A stretch of 64,000 nucleotides of DNA from Escherichia coli (lineage in GTDB: Bacteria; Pseudomonadota; Gammaproteobacteria; Enterobacterales; Enterobacteriaceae): the NCBI RefSeq assembly GCF_044324785.1, contig NZ_CP172127.1; one strand, given 5' to 3'. The notes below the pieces were generated by a model. It ran no database searches. It was not told the origin of the DNA and saw only the letters and a program-made list of their open reading frames with translations. Positions 41,927 to 51,306 of this stretch are shown in pieces (the first letter of the stretch is position 1; each line of letters opens with the position of its first letter). Both the position numbers and the translations under genes were made by a program.

Positions 41927-42175
41927 ATGAATGCACGAAAGGCGGTACTGGCAGATAATCCGGAATTGATCCTGCGTTTGCTACAACTGAAATTTGACGA
42001 GACACTGTCGTACCCGCGCATTTCTGCACAGACCGGTGTCAGCAAAACCGCTATTTTTTCTCTGGTGAGGCGATTTCATCAGGTATTCACTGACGGGCAT
42101 CTTTCTGGTGAATATTCCTGCGTGCAACTGACCGGGCTCTTTTCCCGGGGCGATAATATTCAGCCCCGACAGTGA
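41927..42175 (+). CDS. hypothetical HTH-like protein
   Basis: 82-aa ORF from internal ATG with RBS-like AAAGGACA upstream. Confidence 0.3.
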   Translation: MNARKAVLADNPELILRLLQLKFDETLSYPRISAQTGVSKTAIFSLVRRFHQVFTDGHLSGEYSCVQLTGLFSRGDNIQPRQ

Positions 42176-42184
42176 CTCAGCCTG

Positions 42185-42440
42185 TAAAAACAGAGAAAAC
42201 CCGTCGGAACCGATTTTCACCAGAGTAAAAATGGAGACTTGTTCAGCAAACTCTTTTACCCGGAGCCTGTGTGGCCCAGATTGCACGAGAGTCTGGCATC
42301 AATGATAATGTTATTTTCAAATGGCTCAGACTCTGGCAAAACGAAGGGCGTGTTTCGCGGCGTCTTCCGGTAACAACCACTTCTGACGCAGGCGTTGAAT
42401 TATTACCTATGGAGATAACGCCGGATGAGCAGAAAGATCC
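42185..42440 (+). pseudogene. IS3-family transposase OrfA remnant (frameshifted, 3' deleted)
   Basis: pieces ...KTRRNRFSPE... and VAQIARESGINDNVIFKWLRLWQNEGR resemble IS3-family OrfA HTH regions; followed by unrelated sequence. Confidence 0.45.
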
Positions 42441-42978
42441 GATGATTCCCCTACCGCCAGCTTTTCGCCTGCGCCGGTATACGTTTCTTTATCTTTGCCC
42501 TGCATCACCCACAGGCTGGCTCCGCCGATAATGGCGTTTTGTGGTGCATCTTTCGCGTCAGCGTCGTAAGGCATCATGCCTACGCCGTAGTTGAATTTGG
42601 CGTACTCGCGAATGTTGGCAAGAGAACCGGAAGAGGCGGTGGTCATCGCGCAATCACCTCTATAGAACTTCTCGGTGGATTCATCCTTACGCCCGACGTA
42701 GATGAAGTCGCCCTTCTTGTTCATCTCCTCGAGCATGACGATGTGTTTCACCTGCTCCGGCTTGTTGAACTCCAGCACCGCGTCCGTGGCGTCAAAACCG
42801 TTGTTTTTGCTGGCAAACGGCAGACCGTTCCTGGCGCTAAAGTTTTCCAGTTGTATCCACCTCTTTGCCCATTTCCCCTTCCATAGAGTTCCAAAACGGA
42901 ATGGTCGTCACTGCCTGTGCATTGCCCATTAACGCCAGTCCGAGCACCAGTGATGAAGCTGTATAATGTAACGGTTTC
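42440..42978 (-). pseudogene. ugpB-like glycerol-3-phosphate ABC transporter substrate-binding protein remnant
   Basis: minus strand encodes [42 protein letters not shown] then frameshift joined to ...[49 protein letters not shown]...[18 protein letters not shown]; central part deleted and C-terminus truncated. Confidence 0.7.
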
Positions 42979-43735
42979 ATCGTTTATCTCTCTTGCTTGT
43001 TGTACCTGATGTGCAAATTCACTCGTTTTATGCTCGCGGGATTACATATCATGCCCGAATTGCAGAAAAATAACTTTTTATTACATGTGTAAGACAGTAA
43101 AACCTCAGAAAGATGACAGTGTGGTGCCGGCGCGGGTGAGGAAAAATGGAAGATGGGGAATGTATAAGCGGGAAAATAGGAGGGCCTGTGGATTGTAGAT
43201 AATGTGCTCATCGTTTTCATGCCGGATGAGACATAAACACTTTTATCTGAGCATTTCTATGTATTCGGACAGTTGTTCTTGGCATCCAATGGTGCAGGTT
43301 CTGTAGTGTGTGGTGGTAGCAATAGCCTCAGCTTCATTACAATATTTATTATCTCAAACATTCAAATGTCCTTGGCCCACTTTGATAGTCACTTTGTCGT
43401 GGTTATTATGTCTTTCCTTTTCCTAAAGCCCCATTATCTGTGCTGCAGCTTTCCCTCCATCAACGAACCAACAACCAGCAATGCCTGTCCCCCATAACAG
43501 CCCGGAAAATGGCACATTCTCAGATGATTTATCCCGCGAGCTATCCCGCCTACAGCTAATCGACCTGTTTAATACATCTTGACAGTCTGCTGGCAAGGTT
43601 ACCCTTCCCAATATTGTCCGTTTTTAACATATCTAATACGAGCCCCCATCAAATATGCTTCGTGTTCACTGTAAGTGACTAAAAGTGCTGTCTGCCCTGC
43701 CTCATGCAAAATATCACGAACTTCACGGCTCAGTC

Positions 43736-44237
43736 CTACCCTTGTTTTTTATCCAAGCTGGAAAATGGTTCATCTAGCAACAGGATATCTGGATTTGGAA
43801 CCAGTGACCTTGCAAGGGCAATACGTTGCTGCTGACCTCCTGAAAGTTCATGAGGATAGCTGTCTGAATAGTGGAATAAATCCACCATTTTCAACAGTTC
43901 TGTAACTCTGGTTCGCTGTACATCTCTCGGCAGTCTTCTCAGACCAAAGCCACGTTTTGTGAAACTGTAAGGTGGGGAAAGAGCGCATATTCCTGAAAGA
44001 CTATACCGACATGACATTTCTCCGGCGGAAAATGCATATCTGCGCTGGCCACACAATGCTGTGATACAAAAATTTCCCCTTGTTCAGGCGCTCAAAACCA
44101 GCTACAGCACGTAGTACTGTTGTTTTTCCACAACCTGATGTACCAAGCAGACATGCCAGTTCACCTTTACAGACTGACATACCCCCCGCCCCGCAATACA
44201 GGATATGGGCTATTGGGATAAACAACATGGACATCAT
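43736..44237 (-). pseudogene. ABC transporter ATP-binding protein remnant (frameshifted)
   Basis: Walker A GTSGCGKTT in one frame, signature LSGGQQQR and Walker B ILLLDEP in another. Confidence 0.7.
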
Positions 44238-44267
44238 TAATACATAAAGCTGTTTCTTCAGACATAA

Positions 44268-44868
44268 TCAATCCTCTGATTTCAGTCTTTCAGCTGGAAC
44301 AAACAAAATAACCGGAAATGTCCCTGCAAGAACAATCATTAAAGCAGAGATGGCCCCTTCTTCAAAAGTTCCACGGGCTGCTTCAGCATAAAGAAGTGTT
44401 ACTGGCAGTTCTTTCATCGCATCAGTGAAAACCAGCAGGGCACTGCTCACCAGAGCAACACAGGAAAGTGAACCCGAACAAAAGTTCCTGTACCATTTTC
44501 TCCCAGCAGACGTGAGGCTTGTTCCAGTGACTCTGGTATACGTCCCAGCCGGACATCAAGTGCGCCGATGGCTATTGCCTGAAATCGCATCGTACAGCAA
44601 ATCACCAACAGGACACCGACAGACATTAAAGGTAACCCCCTGTAATCCAGTAGTTCCGCCAGCCAGCGGTCATTTAGGGAGTCAGAAAACCAATCGCCAG
44701 AATCGTGCCTGGAAAGGCATAACCCAGCGACGCCACTCTCATCACACCGCGCCTGAACAGTGGCATAGCGTTGAGGAATTCCGGGCATTCCAGACTACGA
44801 GCAGACTGACAAAAATTACGACAAAGCGTTGAAGGAAGCCAGCGCGCGGACTGACAGGACTTTACCAT
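44268..44868 (-). pseudogene. ABC transporter permease remnant (frameshifted)
   Basis: three consecutive ORF pieces with permease-like hydrophobic segments split across frames. Confidence 0.55.
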
Positions 44869-44918
44869 AAAAACACAGGCTAACCGCGCCTGCGTTTTTA
44901 ATGACGGATGAAACAGAA

Positions 44919-46499
44919 TCAGGTGCCGATTATGCCGCCGTCGGCTTTTACGATAACGACAGTTGAGGAGCGCGGACGACCAGCCTTATCGCCGTCAGGC
45001 CAGCTTGATACTGCCGTCGGATGCTGCGGATCGCTAAGCCCTTCGCTTGGCTCGCCAGGGTGCTGGATGTTAATAAACAGCGTCCGGTTATCCGGAGTGA
45101 ACGCGATGCCGGTGATTTCGCAGCCGCGCGGGCCGGTCAGGAAGCGGCGGAACTCATTGGTACCGGGGATCGTCGCCACCATCTGGTTGTTGCCCATGCC
45201 TTTGTAATCTTTAATATTTATGGTTGATGACGACACGTCGGTCTGGATCCATAGCACGCCGCGGTGATCAAAGCTCAGGCCATCGGCGCTGCCGAATTCC
45301 GCACCCTTCATGCTGCCTTTGGTTTCCAGTTTGTCTGTATCGGTGCGACCGCCCATCACAAGAATATCCCAGGCAAACTGCAGCGCGGTCGGGTCACCGT
45401 TATGCTCCAACCAGTGAATGATGTGGCCGTAAACGTTTTTGGCGCGCGGGTTGGCCGCATCCACTGGCGCTTTTCCTTCCTTACCGCGATCGCTGTTGTT
45501 GGTGAGCGTGCAGTAAACGCTGCCGGCGTGATATGGATCGACCGCAATCCACTCCGGGCGGTCCATTTTAGTGGCCCCCACGGCGTCTGCCGCCAGACGG
45601 GTTTTAATCAACAGGTCGCCCTGGTTTTCAAACCCTTTACTGGCGTCGAGCCCATTTTGTCCGAACACCAGCGGTAGCCACTCGCCTTTGCCGTCGTCGT
45701 TAAATTTCGCCACGTACAGAGTGCCTTTTTCCAGCAGGTGCATGTTGGCTTTGCGATCCTGCGGGTTGAATTTTCCTTCCGAGACAAATTTATATATGTA
45801 TTCGAATTTCTGGTCATCGCCCATATAGACCACAACGCGGTTATCCGGGGCAATTGTCACCGCTGCGCCTTCGTGTTTGATGCGACCAAGCGCGGTGTGC
45901 TTGCGCGGCACTGAATGCGGATCGTATGGATCGATTTCCACCACCCAGCCGAAGCGGTTCGGCTCGTTCGGCGTGGCGTCGACGCTGAACCTTTTATCCA
46001 CTTCGTTCCAGCGGTAAGAGTCGTCGCTCCCGCTGATACCGTAACGTTTTTCCAGCGGGTTCATCTCTGCTTTTTTTACGAAAATATCGGACCAGTTCTC
46101 TTCACACGTCAGATAGGTGCCCCACGGCGTAAATCCGTTGGCACAGTTCTGCATGGTGCCGAGAATGATTTCGCCTTTCGGATCGTCAACTGTTTGCATC
46201 AGTGGGTTATGCAGCGCCGGACCGGTGATTTTCATCGGCGTGTTAACGGTGATGCGGCGTGCGAACGATGACGGGCGCACCACTTCCCAGCCCAGGGGCA
46301 CTTTTTTTACTTCAATGACCGACACGCCCATCGCGTTCTGGCCTTTAAGAGCTTTATCGGCGCTCCAGTTGGCATCGCCATCTTTAAACAGTAGACCGTT
46401 ATCGATGTATTCATGGTTTATGGCAAGCAGGCCGTGATCGGAGCTGTTCCCTGATGCGCCGCGCGATAAATGCACTCTATCTTGTGCGATAAATGGCAT
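44919..46499 (-). pseudogene. PhoX-like (DUF839) phosphatase, N-terminally truncated at the prophage junction
   Basis: 526-aa ORF lacking a signal peptide and N-terminal region; homology starts near ...GLLAINHEY...; upstream end abuts the invertase end of the prophage. Confidence 0.5.
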
Positions 46500-46529
46500 C
46501 CACGCGGCGTTTCATTATTTGAAAAAGAA

Positions 46530-47102
46530 TTACATTTCAGGTTGCGTTATGACAGTCCCAACAGGGTGGTAGCGGTAGATCGTTGACAGTCCAATATCAT
46601 AGATAATTGCCAGCCGCTTTCTGTCATACCCTTTCTGGAGCAATCTTGCGATCTGCTCATGCTGCTCCTTCGTCAGTTTCGGGCGACGTCCTCCAACTCT
46701 TCCTTGTGCTCGCGCAGCAGCCAGTCCTGCCAGCGTGCGCTCAACTATCAGTTCACGCTCCATTTCTGCCAGTGCACCCATCATATGAAAAAAGAACCTT
46801 CCCATCGGAGTGCTGGTATCGATTGAATCCGTCAGACTGCGAAAATTGACACCTTTTGCGCGTAGCTCTTCTGTGAGAGCAATGAGGTGTTTCATTCTTC
46901 TACCCAACCGATCCAGCTTCCAGACCACCAATGTATCCCCTCTTTTAAGGCACTTTAAAGCGCGTTTCAGGCCTGGTCGTTCCGACTTGGTTCCGCTCAT
47001 TTTGTCCTCAAAAATCTGTTCACATCCTGCGCACATTAATGCATTGCGTTGCAAATCTGTGTTTTGGTCATTTGTTGACACACGTATGTAGCCAATCAGC
47101 AT
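46530..47102 (-). CDS. site-specific DNA invertase (serine recombinase, Gin/Pin/Cin/Hin family)
   Basis: 190-aa product MLIGYIRVSTNDQNTDLQ... with catalytic Ser in YIRVST and C-terminal HTH; adjacent to inverted tail-fibre cassettes. Confidence 0.9.
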   Translation of the reverse strand: MLIGYIRVSTNDQNTDLQRNALMCAGCEQIFEDKMSGTKSERPGLKRALKCLKRGDTLVVWKLDRLGRRMKHLIALTEELRAKGVNFRSLTDSIDTSTPMGRFFFHMMGALAEMERELIVERTLAGLAAARAQGRVGGRRPKLTKEQHEQIARLLQKGYDRKRLAIIYDIGLSTIYRYHPVGTVITQPEM

Positions 47103-47156
47103 TAAAAATACTCCCTTTTGAGTGGTTAAAGTACTGAGATAATGTGGGGAGGATTT

Positions 47157-47182
47157 GAGAGATAAACGTTGGTTTAGGAGAA
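47157..47182. promoter_or_regulatory. candidate gix/cix-like crossover site 1
   Basis: GAGAGATAAACG-TT-GGTTTAGGAGAA; right half matches the gix half-site GGTTTTGGATAA at 10 of 12 positions; lies at the start of cassette C. Confidence 0.5.
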
Positions 47183-47686
47183 GGCTCGGCGCTACCCGTT
47201 GGTGTGCCTGTTCCGTGGCCCACCGCCACACCGCCAGCAGGCTGGTTAAAGTGCGACGGGCGCGCCTTTACAAAAGAACAATATCCTGTTCTGGCCAGAG
47301 TCTACCCGACCCTCCGTCTTCCCGATTTACGCGGTGAGTTTATCCGTGGATGGGACGACGGGCGCAAAGTTGATACAGGACGTAAGTTGCTGTCCGCACA
47401 AGGGGCAACGCTGTTAAGAACAGCAATGCTGGATTATTATAACCAGGACACTACGGGAACCTCGGGGATAGTCGGCATGGGATTCAACAATGAAGATTCC
47501 ATTACAGACCTTCGTGAGGGCAGCTTTAAAATGCCGGACGGGACAACATTCAGCGATCCTGTCGTGGCAATGTCAGACAATGGTATGCAGGCTACTATTC
47601 TGACCTCTATCAGAAGCGGGTATGCGAAGGGTATCACTGTCAGACCCCGTAGCATTGCACTTAATTACATTGTGAGGGCAGTTTAA
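47162..47686 (+). CDS. tail-fibre C-terminal (receptor-binding) cassette C, promoterless, inverted relative to the tail-fibre gene
   Basis: reading frame open from 47159 (no ATG) encoding NVGLGEGSALPVGVPVPWPTATPPAGW...RGWDDGRK...NYIVRAV, homologous to the C-terminus of the 642-aa tail fibre. Confidence 0.7.
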   Translation: MNVGLGEGSALPVGVPVPWPTATPPAGWLKCDGRAFTKEQYPVLARVYPTLRLPDLRGEFIRGWDDGRKVDTGRKLLSAQGATLLRTAMLDYYNQDTTGTSGIVGMGFNNEDSITDLREGSFKMPDGTTFSDPVVAMSDNGMQATILTSIRSGYAKGITVRPRSIALNYIVRAV

Positions 47687-48300
47687 TGAGTAACACTGCA
47701 GTTCTGGATGAAAACGGTATCGCCACTGTAGCGGGCGAGATCACTGTATATCACTATGACGAGGAAACCCGGGAATACACCTCATCCTCTGTGGAGTATC
47801 TCGCCCTTGGGGTGGGTACTCCGGCACATTCGTGCGCCGATGCACCGCCGGAGGCAATTTCGGGTTACGTGGTTTGCCGGACTGCCACGCTGAACGGGTG
47901 GGAGCATGTGCCTGATCACCGCGGCGAGACGGTATACAGCACGGAGAACGGTAACCCCGTTCTGATTACCCAACCGGGTGATTACCCGGCGGACACCACC
48001 ACAAAACAGCCGGCCACGCCATGGGATACCTGGAACGGTGAGGCGTGGGTAACCGATACTGAACGGCAGCGAGCCGCAGAACTGGAGGTTGCCAGACAGC
48101 AACGCCAGCAACGGGTGAAACAGGCGATGGCGTCCGTCGATCTTATCAACCTCAAACTGCGTGCTGGTCGCAGTCTGACACCAGAAGAAACGGCAAAACT
48201 GAACGCCGTGCTGGATTATATCGACGAGCTGAACGCACTGGATATCAGCACGGCACCTGAAATCAGCTGGCCGGAAGCGCCACTGGCACTTGCCAGCTGA
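47686..48300 (+). CDS. tail-fibre assembly protein (Tfa/U-type chaperone)
   Basis: 204-aa ORF overlapping the end of cassette C (ATGA), in the usual position of a tail-fibre chaperone. Confidence 0.7.
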   Translation: MSNTAVLDENGIATVAGEITVYHYDEETREYTSSSVEYLALGVGTPAHSCADAPPEAISGYVVCRTATLNGWEHVPDHRGETVYSTENGNPVLITQPGDYPADTTTKQPATPWDTWNGEAWVTDTERQRAAELEVARQQRQQRVKQAMASVDLINLKLRAGRSLTPEETAKLNAVLDYIDELNALDISTAPEISWPEAPLALAS

Positions 48301-48306
48301 ACGGTA

Positions 48307-48780
48307 TCACGCCGCCCTCACGATATAGTTAAACGCGATATTGCGGGGGCGGGTTATGTTAAAGAATGCTCCGTTTAATTCGGCTTTTGCGCGACTGTTT
48401 GTTCCACCCAGAATTGCGTACCACAAATAATCGCTACGGTAATTCCCCGCAAACACCTTATCGCCGCCATAGTCAATATTATTTCCGTTACTCATGTACG
48501 AGATATCCAGCGAAGAATCGTTATCGTCATGACCGCCGACCAGTGTACCTTTCTGCCATGAAAGCAACTTACGCCCCTCGTCAATCTTGCGCCCGTCGTC
48601 CCATCCACGGATAAACTCACCGCGTAAATCGGGAAGACGGAGGGTCGGGTAGACTCTGGCCAGAACAGGATATTGTTCTTTGGTGAACGTAGCTCCGTTG
48701 CACTGTAACCAGCCTGCTGGCGGTGTGGCGGTGGGCCACGGAACAGGCACACCAACAGGCAATGCAGAGCCTTCCCCCAA
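48307..48780 (-). CDS. tail-fibre C-terminal cassette B (alternative receptor-binding domain)
   Basis: 157-aa ORF (TTG start) GEGSALPVGVPVPWPTATPPAGWLQCNGATF...NYIVRAA; frame open upstream through crossover site 2. Confidence 0.65.
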   Translation of the reverse strand: MGEGSALPVGVPVPWPTATPPAGWLQCNGATFTKEQYPVLARVYPTLRLPDLRGEFIRGWDDGRKIDEGRKLLSWQKGTLVGGHDDNDSSLDISYMSNGNNIDYGGDKVFAGNYRSDYLWYAILGGTNSRAKAELNGAFFNITRPRNIAFNYIVRAA

Positions 48781-48795
48781 ACCAACGTTTTTATG
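48770..48795. promoter_or_regulatory. candidate gix/cix-like crossover site 2
   Basis: reverse complement CATAAAAACG-TT-GGTTTGGGGGAAGG, inverted relative to site 1; lies between the tail-fibre stop and cassette B. Confidence 0.5.
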
Positions 48796-50719
48796 CGGCC
48801 CTTACGATGTAATTAAACGCAACATTGCGGGGGCGCATTGATATCCATGCCCCGGTAAAATTATCCTCCGCTGTCCTTTGAATACCCGTTATAGAGTTAT
48901 CTGCTGATGCAGGAACATAATCGCTATTATTTCCTGCTTTAGGATTAGCTGGGTTTCCAACGGTTATAACAGAATCAGCAGTAGCAAAAGCGATACCTAC
49001 TTTGACATTAGTATTCAGATCGTAACCGTAATAATCCTGCAAAGCTGTACGAATAAATGTTGCAGCCTGACCACTTAGCAATGAACGCCCCGTATCAACT
49101 TTGCGCCCGTCGTCCCATCCACGGATAAACTCACCGCGCAAATCGGGAAGACGGAGGGTCGGGTAGACTCTGGCCAGAACAGGATATTGTTCTTTTGTAA
49201 AGGCGCGCCCGTCACACTTTAACCAGCCTGCTGGCGGTGTGGCGGTGGGCCATGGAACAGGCACACCAACAGGCAGTGCAGAGCCTTCCCCCAAACCAAG
49301 GTAATTGAGGACATCTTTTATACTGCCCTTAGCGATAATAGCGCGACCAATAGCTGTAAGGGTTGCCAGCGCTGCGCGGTCTGCTCCGGTAAAATAAGGC
49401 AACCGATCTGCTGCAGTGGCAAGTCCTGCCAGAGCAGTGAGCGTGGCATCTGCCGGTTGTTTTCCGTTTGCCAGATCGTATGCAGCCTTGACCGCTTTCG
49501 GTGTGGCGGCCAGTATTTCAGACGTGCTGTTGATGGCACTGCTCAATTGTATGGTGCCTTTTGCCGTCAGCGAGGCAGCAGGCACTCCCGTTATCTGACT
49601 CCACGGGTGAGTGTGGCTGACGGGCGCCTTGCCGGCTGCAAGGTCGTATGCAGCCTTGACCGCCTTCGGCGTGGCAGCCTCAGTTTCTGATTGACTGTCC
49701 GTGGCGCTGCTCAGTTGTACGGTGCCTTTTGCCGTCAGCGAGGCAGCAGGCACTCCCGTTATCTGACTCCACGGGTGAGTGTGGCTGACGGGGGCCTTGC
49801 CGGCAGCCAGGTCATATGCAGCCTTGACGGCCTTTGGTGTGGCGGCCAGCGTTTCAGAGGTGCTGTTGGTGGCACTGCTCAGTTGTACGATCCCTTTACG
49901 GGTCGTTGTTGCATCCTGGGCTGTGTATTTTCCCCGGGCCAGATCATACGCGATTTTCACAGCCTTCGGCGTGGCAGCCTCAGTTTCTGATTGACTGTCC
50001 GTGGCGCTGCTCAGTTGTACGGTGCCTTTTGCCGTCAGCGAGGCAGCAGGCACTCCCGTTATCTGACTCCACGGGTGAGTGTGGCTGACGGGGGCCTTGC
50101 CGGCAGCTAGGTCATATGCAGCCTTGACGGCCTTTGGTGTGGCGGCCAGCGTTTCAGAGGTGCTGTTGGTGGCACTGCTCAGTTGTACGATCCCTTTACG
50201 GGTCGTTGTTGCATCCTGGGCTGTGTATTTTCCCCGGGCCAGATCATACGCGATTTTCACAGCCTTCGGCGTGGCAGCCTCAGTTTCTGATTGACTGTCC
50301 GTGGCACTGCTCAGCTGTACGGTGCCTTTTGCCGTCAGCGAGGCAGCAGGCACTCCCGTTATCTGACTCCACGGGTGAGTGTGACTGACGGGTGCCTTGC
50401 CGGCTGCAAGGTCGTATGCAGCCTTGACGGCTTTTGGTGTGGCGGCCAGCGTTTCAGAGGTGCTGTTGGTGGCACTGCTCAGTTGGGTGAACCCCTTAGC
50501 TGTCAGTGTCGCGTCCGGGTGGTTACGGGAACGTACGTGTTCAGCCAGTGACTGTGCGGCTTCCTCCGTTTTTTTCTTCAGCCATTTCGTCCTGTTTGCC
50601 AGTTGCCGGGGGGCTCGATTTGATATCCCGTCAGCACCACCCAGAACCGGATCTGATGTCTCCAGTTGATAGATTTTTTCTTCCCACTTTTCTGTTTCAT
50701 TCAGGTTTCCCATAATCAA
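48791..50719 (-). CDS. phage tail fibre protein with repeat-containing shaft and C-terminal domain A
   Basis: 642-aa ORF; central about 100-aa tandem repeats (SETLAATPKAVKAAYDLAAGK...); C-terminus GLGEGSALPVGVPVPWPT...NYIVRAA. Confidence 0.85.
   Translation of the reverse strand: MIMGNLNETEKWEEKIYQLETSDPVLGGADGISNRAPRQLANRTKWLKKKTEEAAQSLAEHVRSRNHPDATLTAKGFTQLSSATNSTSETLAATPKAVKAAYDLAAGKAPVSHTHPWSQITGVPAASLTAKGTVQLSSATDSQSETEAATPKAVKIAYDLARGKYTAQDATTTRKGIVQLSSATNSTSETLAATPKAVKAAYDLAAGKAPVSHTHPWSQITGVPAASLTAKGTVQLSSATDSQSETEAATPKAVKIAYDLARGKYTAQDATTTRKGIVQLSSATNSTSETLAATPKAVKAAYDLAAGKAPVSHTHPWSQITGVPAASLTAKGTVQLSSATDSQSETEAATPKAVKAAYDLAAGKAPVSHTHPWSQITGVPAASLTAKGTIQLSSAINSTSEILAATPKAVKAAYDLANGKQPADATLTALAGLATAADRLPYFTGADRAALATLTAIGRAIIAKGSIKDVLNYLGLGEGSALPVGVPVPWPTATPPAGWLKCDGRAFTKEQYPVLARVYPTLRLPDLRGEFIRGWDDGRKVDTGRSLLSGQAATFIRTALQDYYGYDLNTNVKVGIAFATADSVITVGNPANPKAGNNSDYVPASADNSITGIQRTAEDNFTGAWISMRPRNVAFNYIVRAA
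49284..49309. promoter_or_regulatory. candidate crossover site 3 inside the tail-fibre gene
   Basis: reverse complement CTCAATTACC-TT-GGTTTGGGGGAAGG encoding NYLGLGEG at the constant/variable junction; same orientation as site 2. Confidence 0.4.
49390..50520. repeat. 300-bp tandem repeats (about 3.5 copies) inside the tail-fibre gene
   Basis: identical 71-aa and 84-aa antisense ORFs recur 300 bp apart (49779/50079 and 49834/50134); protein shows repeated ...SSATNSTSETLAATPKAVKAAYDLAAGKAPVSHTHPWSQITGVPAASLTAKGTVQLSSATDSQSETEAATPKAVK... Confidence 0.85.
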
Positions 50720-51306
50720 CTGCTCCCGTGGTTATAACTGCCATCATGGATGGCGGTATTGTTATAGCGAATGGCCACAGACTGATACTCCAGGCTGGCC
50801 AGATGGCAGCGGGCCGGTGCAAATGCAGCGAGCGTCTGACGCAGCATCGCGGCCTGATCGTTAGTAATGGGCTGTTTCAGAATAACGCGATAAACCGCCC
50901 AGGCGGCTGCATCTCCATGAACAAACAGTCCGTTATAGCTGCGATTGCCGTCGTAACTGAGACGACCTGTGCCTTCAATCAGATCCACTTCACCAAAGCC
51001 AAAACGGCGGATAACTTCCCGGATTGACCACGGCGTCCCTTTATACCGGTGTAGTTCGATGGCTGCTTTTATAAGCATGCGGCGAACATCGTCCGATTCC
51101 GCCAGCTCCCAGCCATCGCCAGACAGTGAGAACTGCTCGCCCAGCCATGGCAGCGCAGAACTGTCGACGATATCGACGAGAAAGACCATCAGTACGCTCA
51201 GGTCGATGTTATCCAGCCGCCCTGCCAGTCTTCCCAGCGTCCTGAGACTGATATCACCCTCAAGCGGTGGCGGGAGTTGTAATGGCTCAGTCATCAGACA
51301 CTCCAC
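50716..51306 (-). CDS. phage baseplate/tail protein (P2 gpI-like)
   Basis: 196-aa ORF directly upstream of the tail fibre, overlapping the J-like gene. Confidence 0.6.
   Translation of the reverse strand: MECLMTEPLQLPPPLEGDISLRTLGRLAGRLDNIDLSVLMVFLVDIVDSSALPWLGEQFSLSGDGWELAESDDVRRMLIKAAIELHRYKGTPWSIREVIRRFGFGEVDLIEGTGRLSYDGNRSYNGLFVHGDAAAWAVYRVILKQPITNDQAAMLRQTLAAFAPARCHLASLEYQSVAIRYNNTAIHDGSYNHGSS

Noticed and set aside
43273-43497. 74-aa plus-strand ORF in the AT-rich gap near the ABC transporter remnants
   Set aside because: Low-complexity translation, no RBS and no context; treated as noise in a decayed region.
49416-50715. Cluster of 60-99 aa plus-strand ORFs, several identical, inside the tail-fibre gene
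   Set aside because: Antisense to the tail-fibre gene; their duplication reflects the 300-bp tandem repeats, not separate genes.
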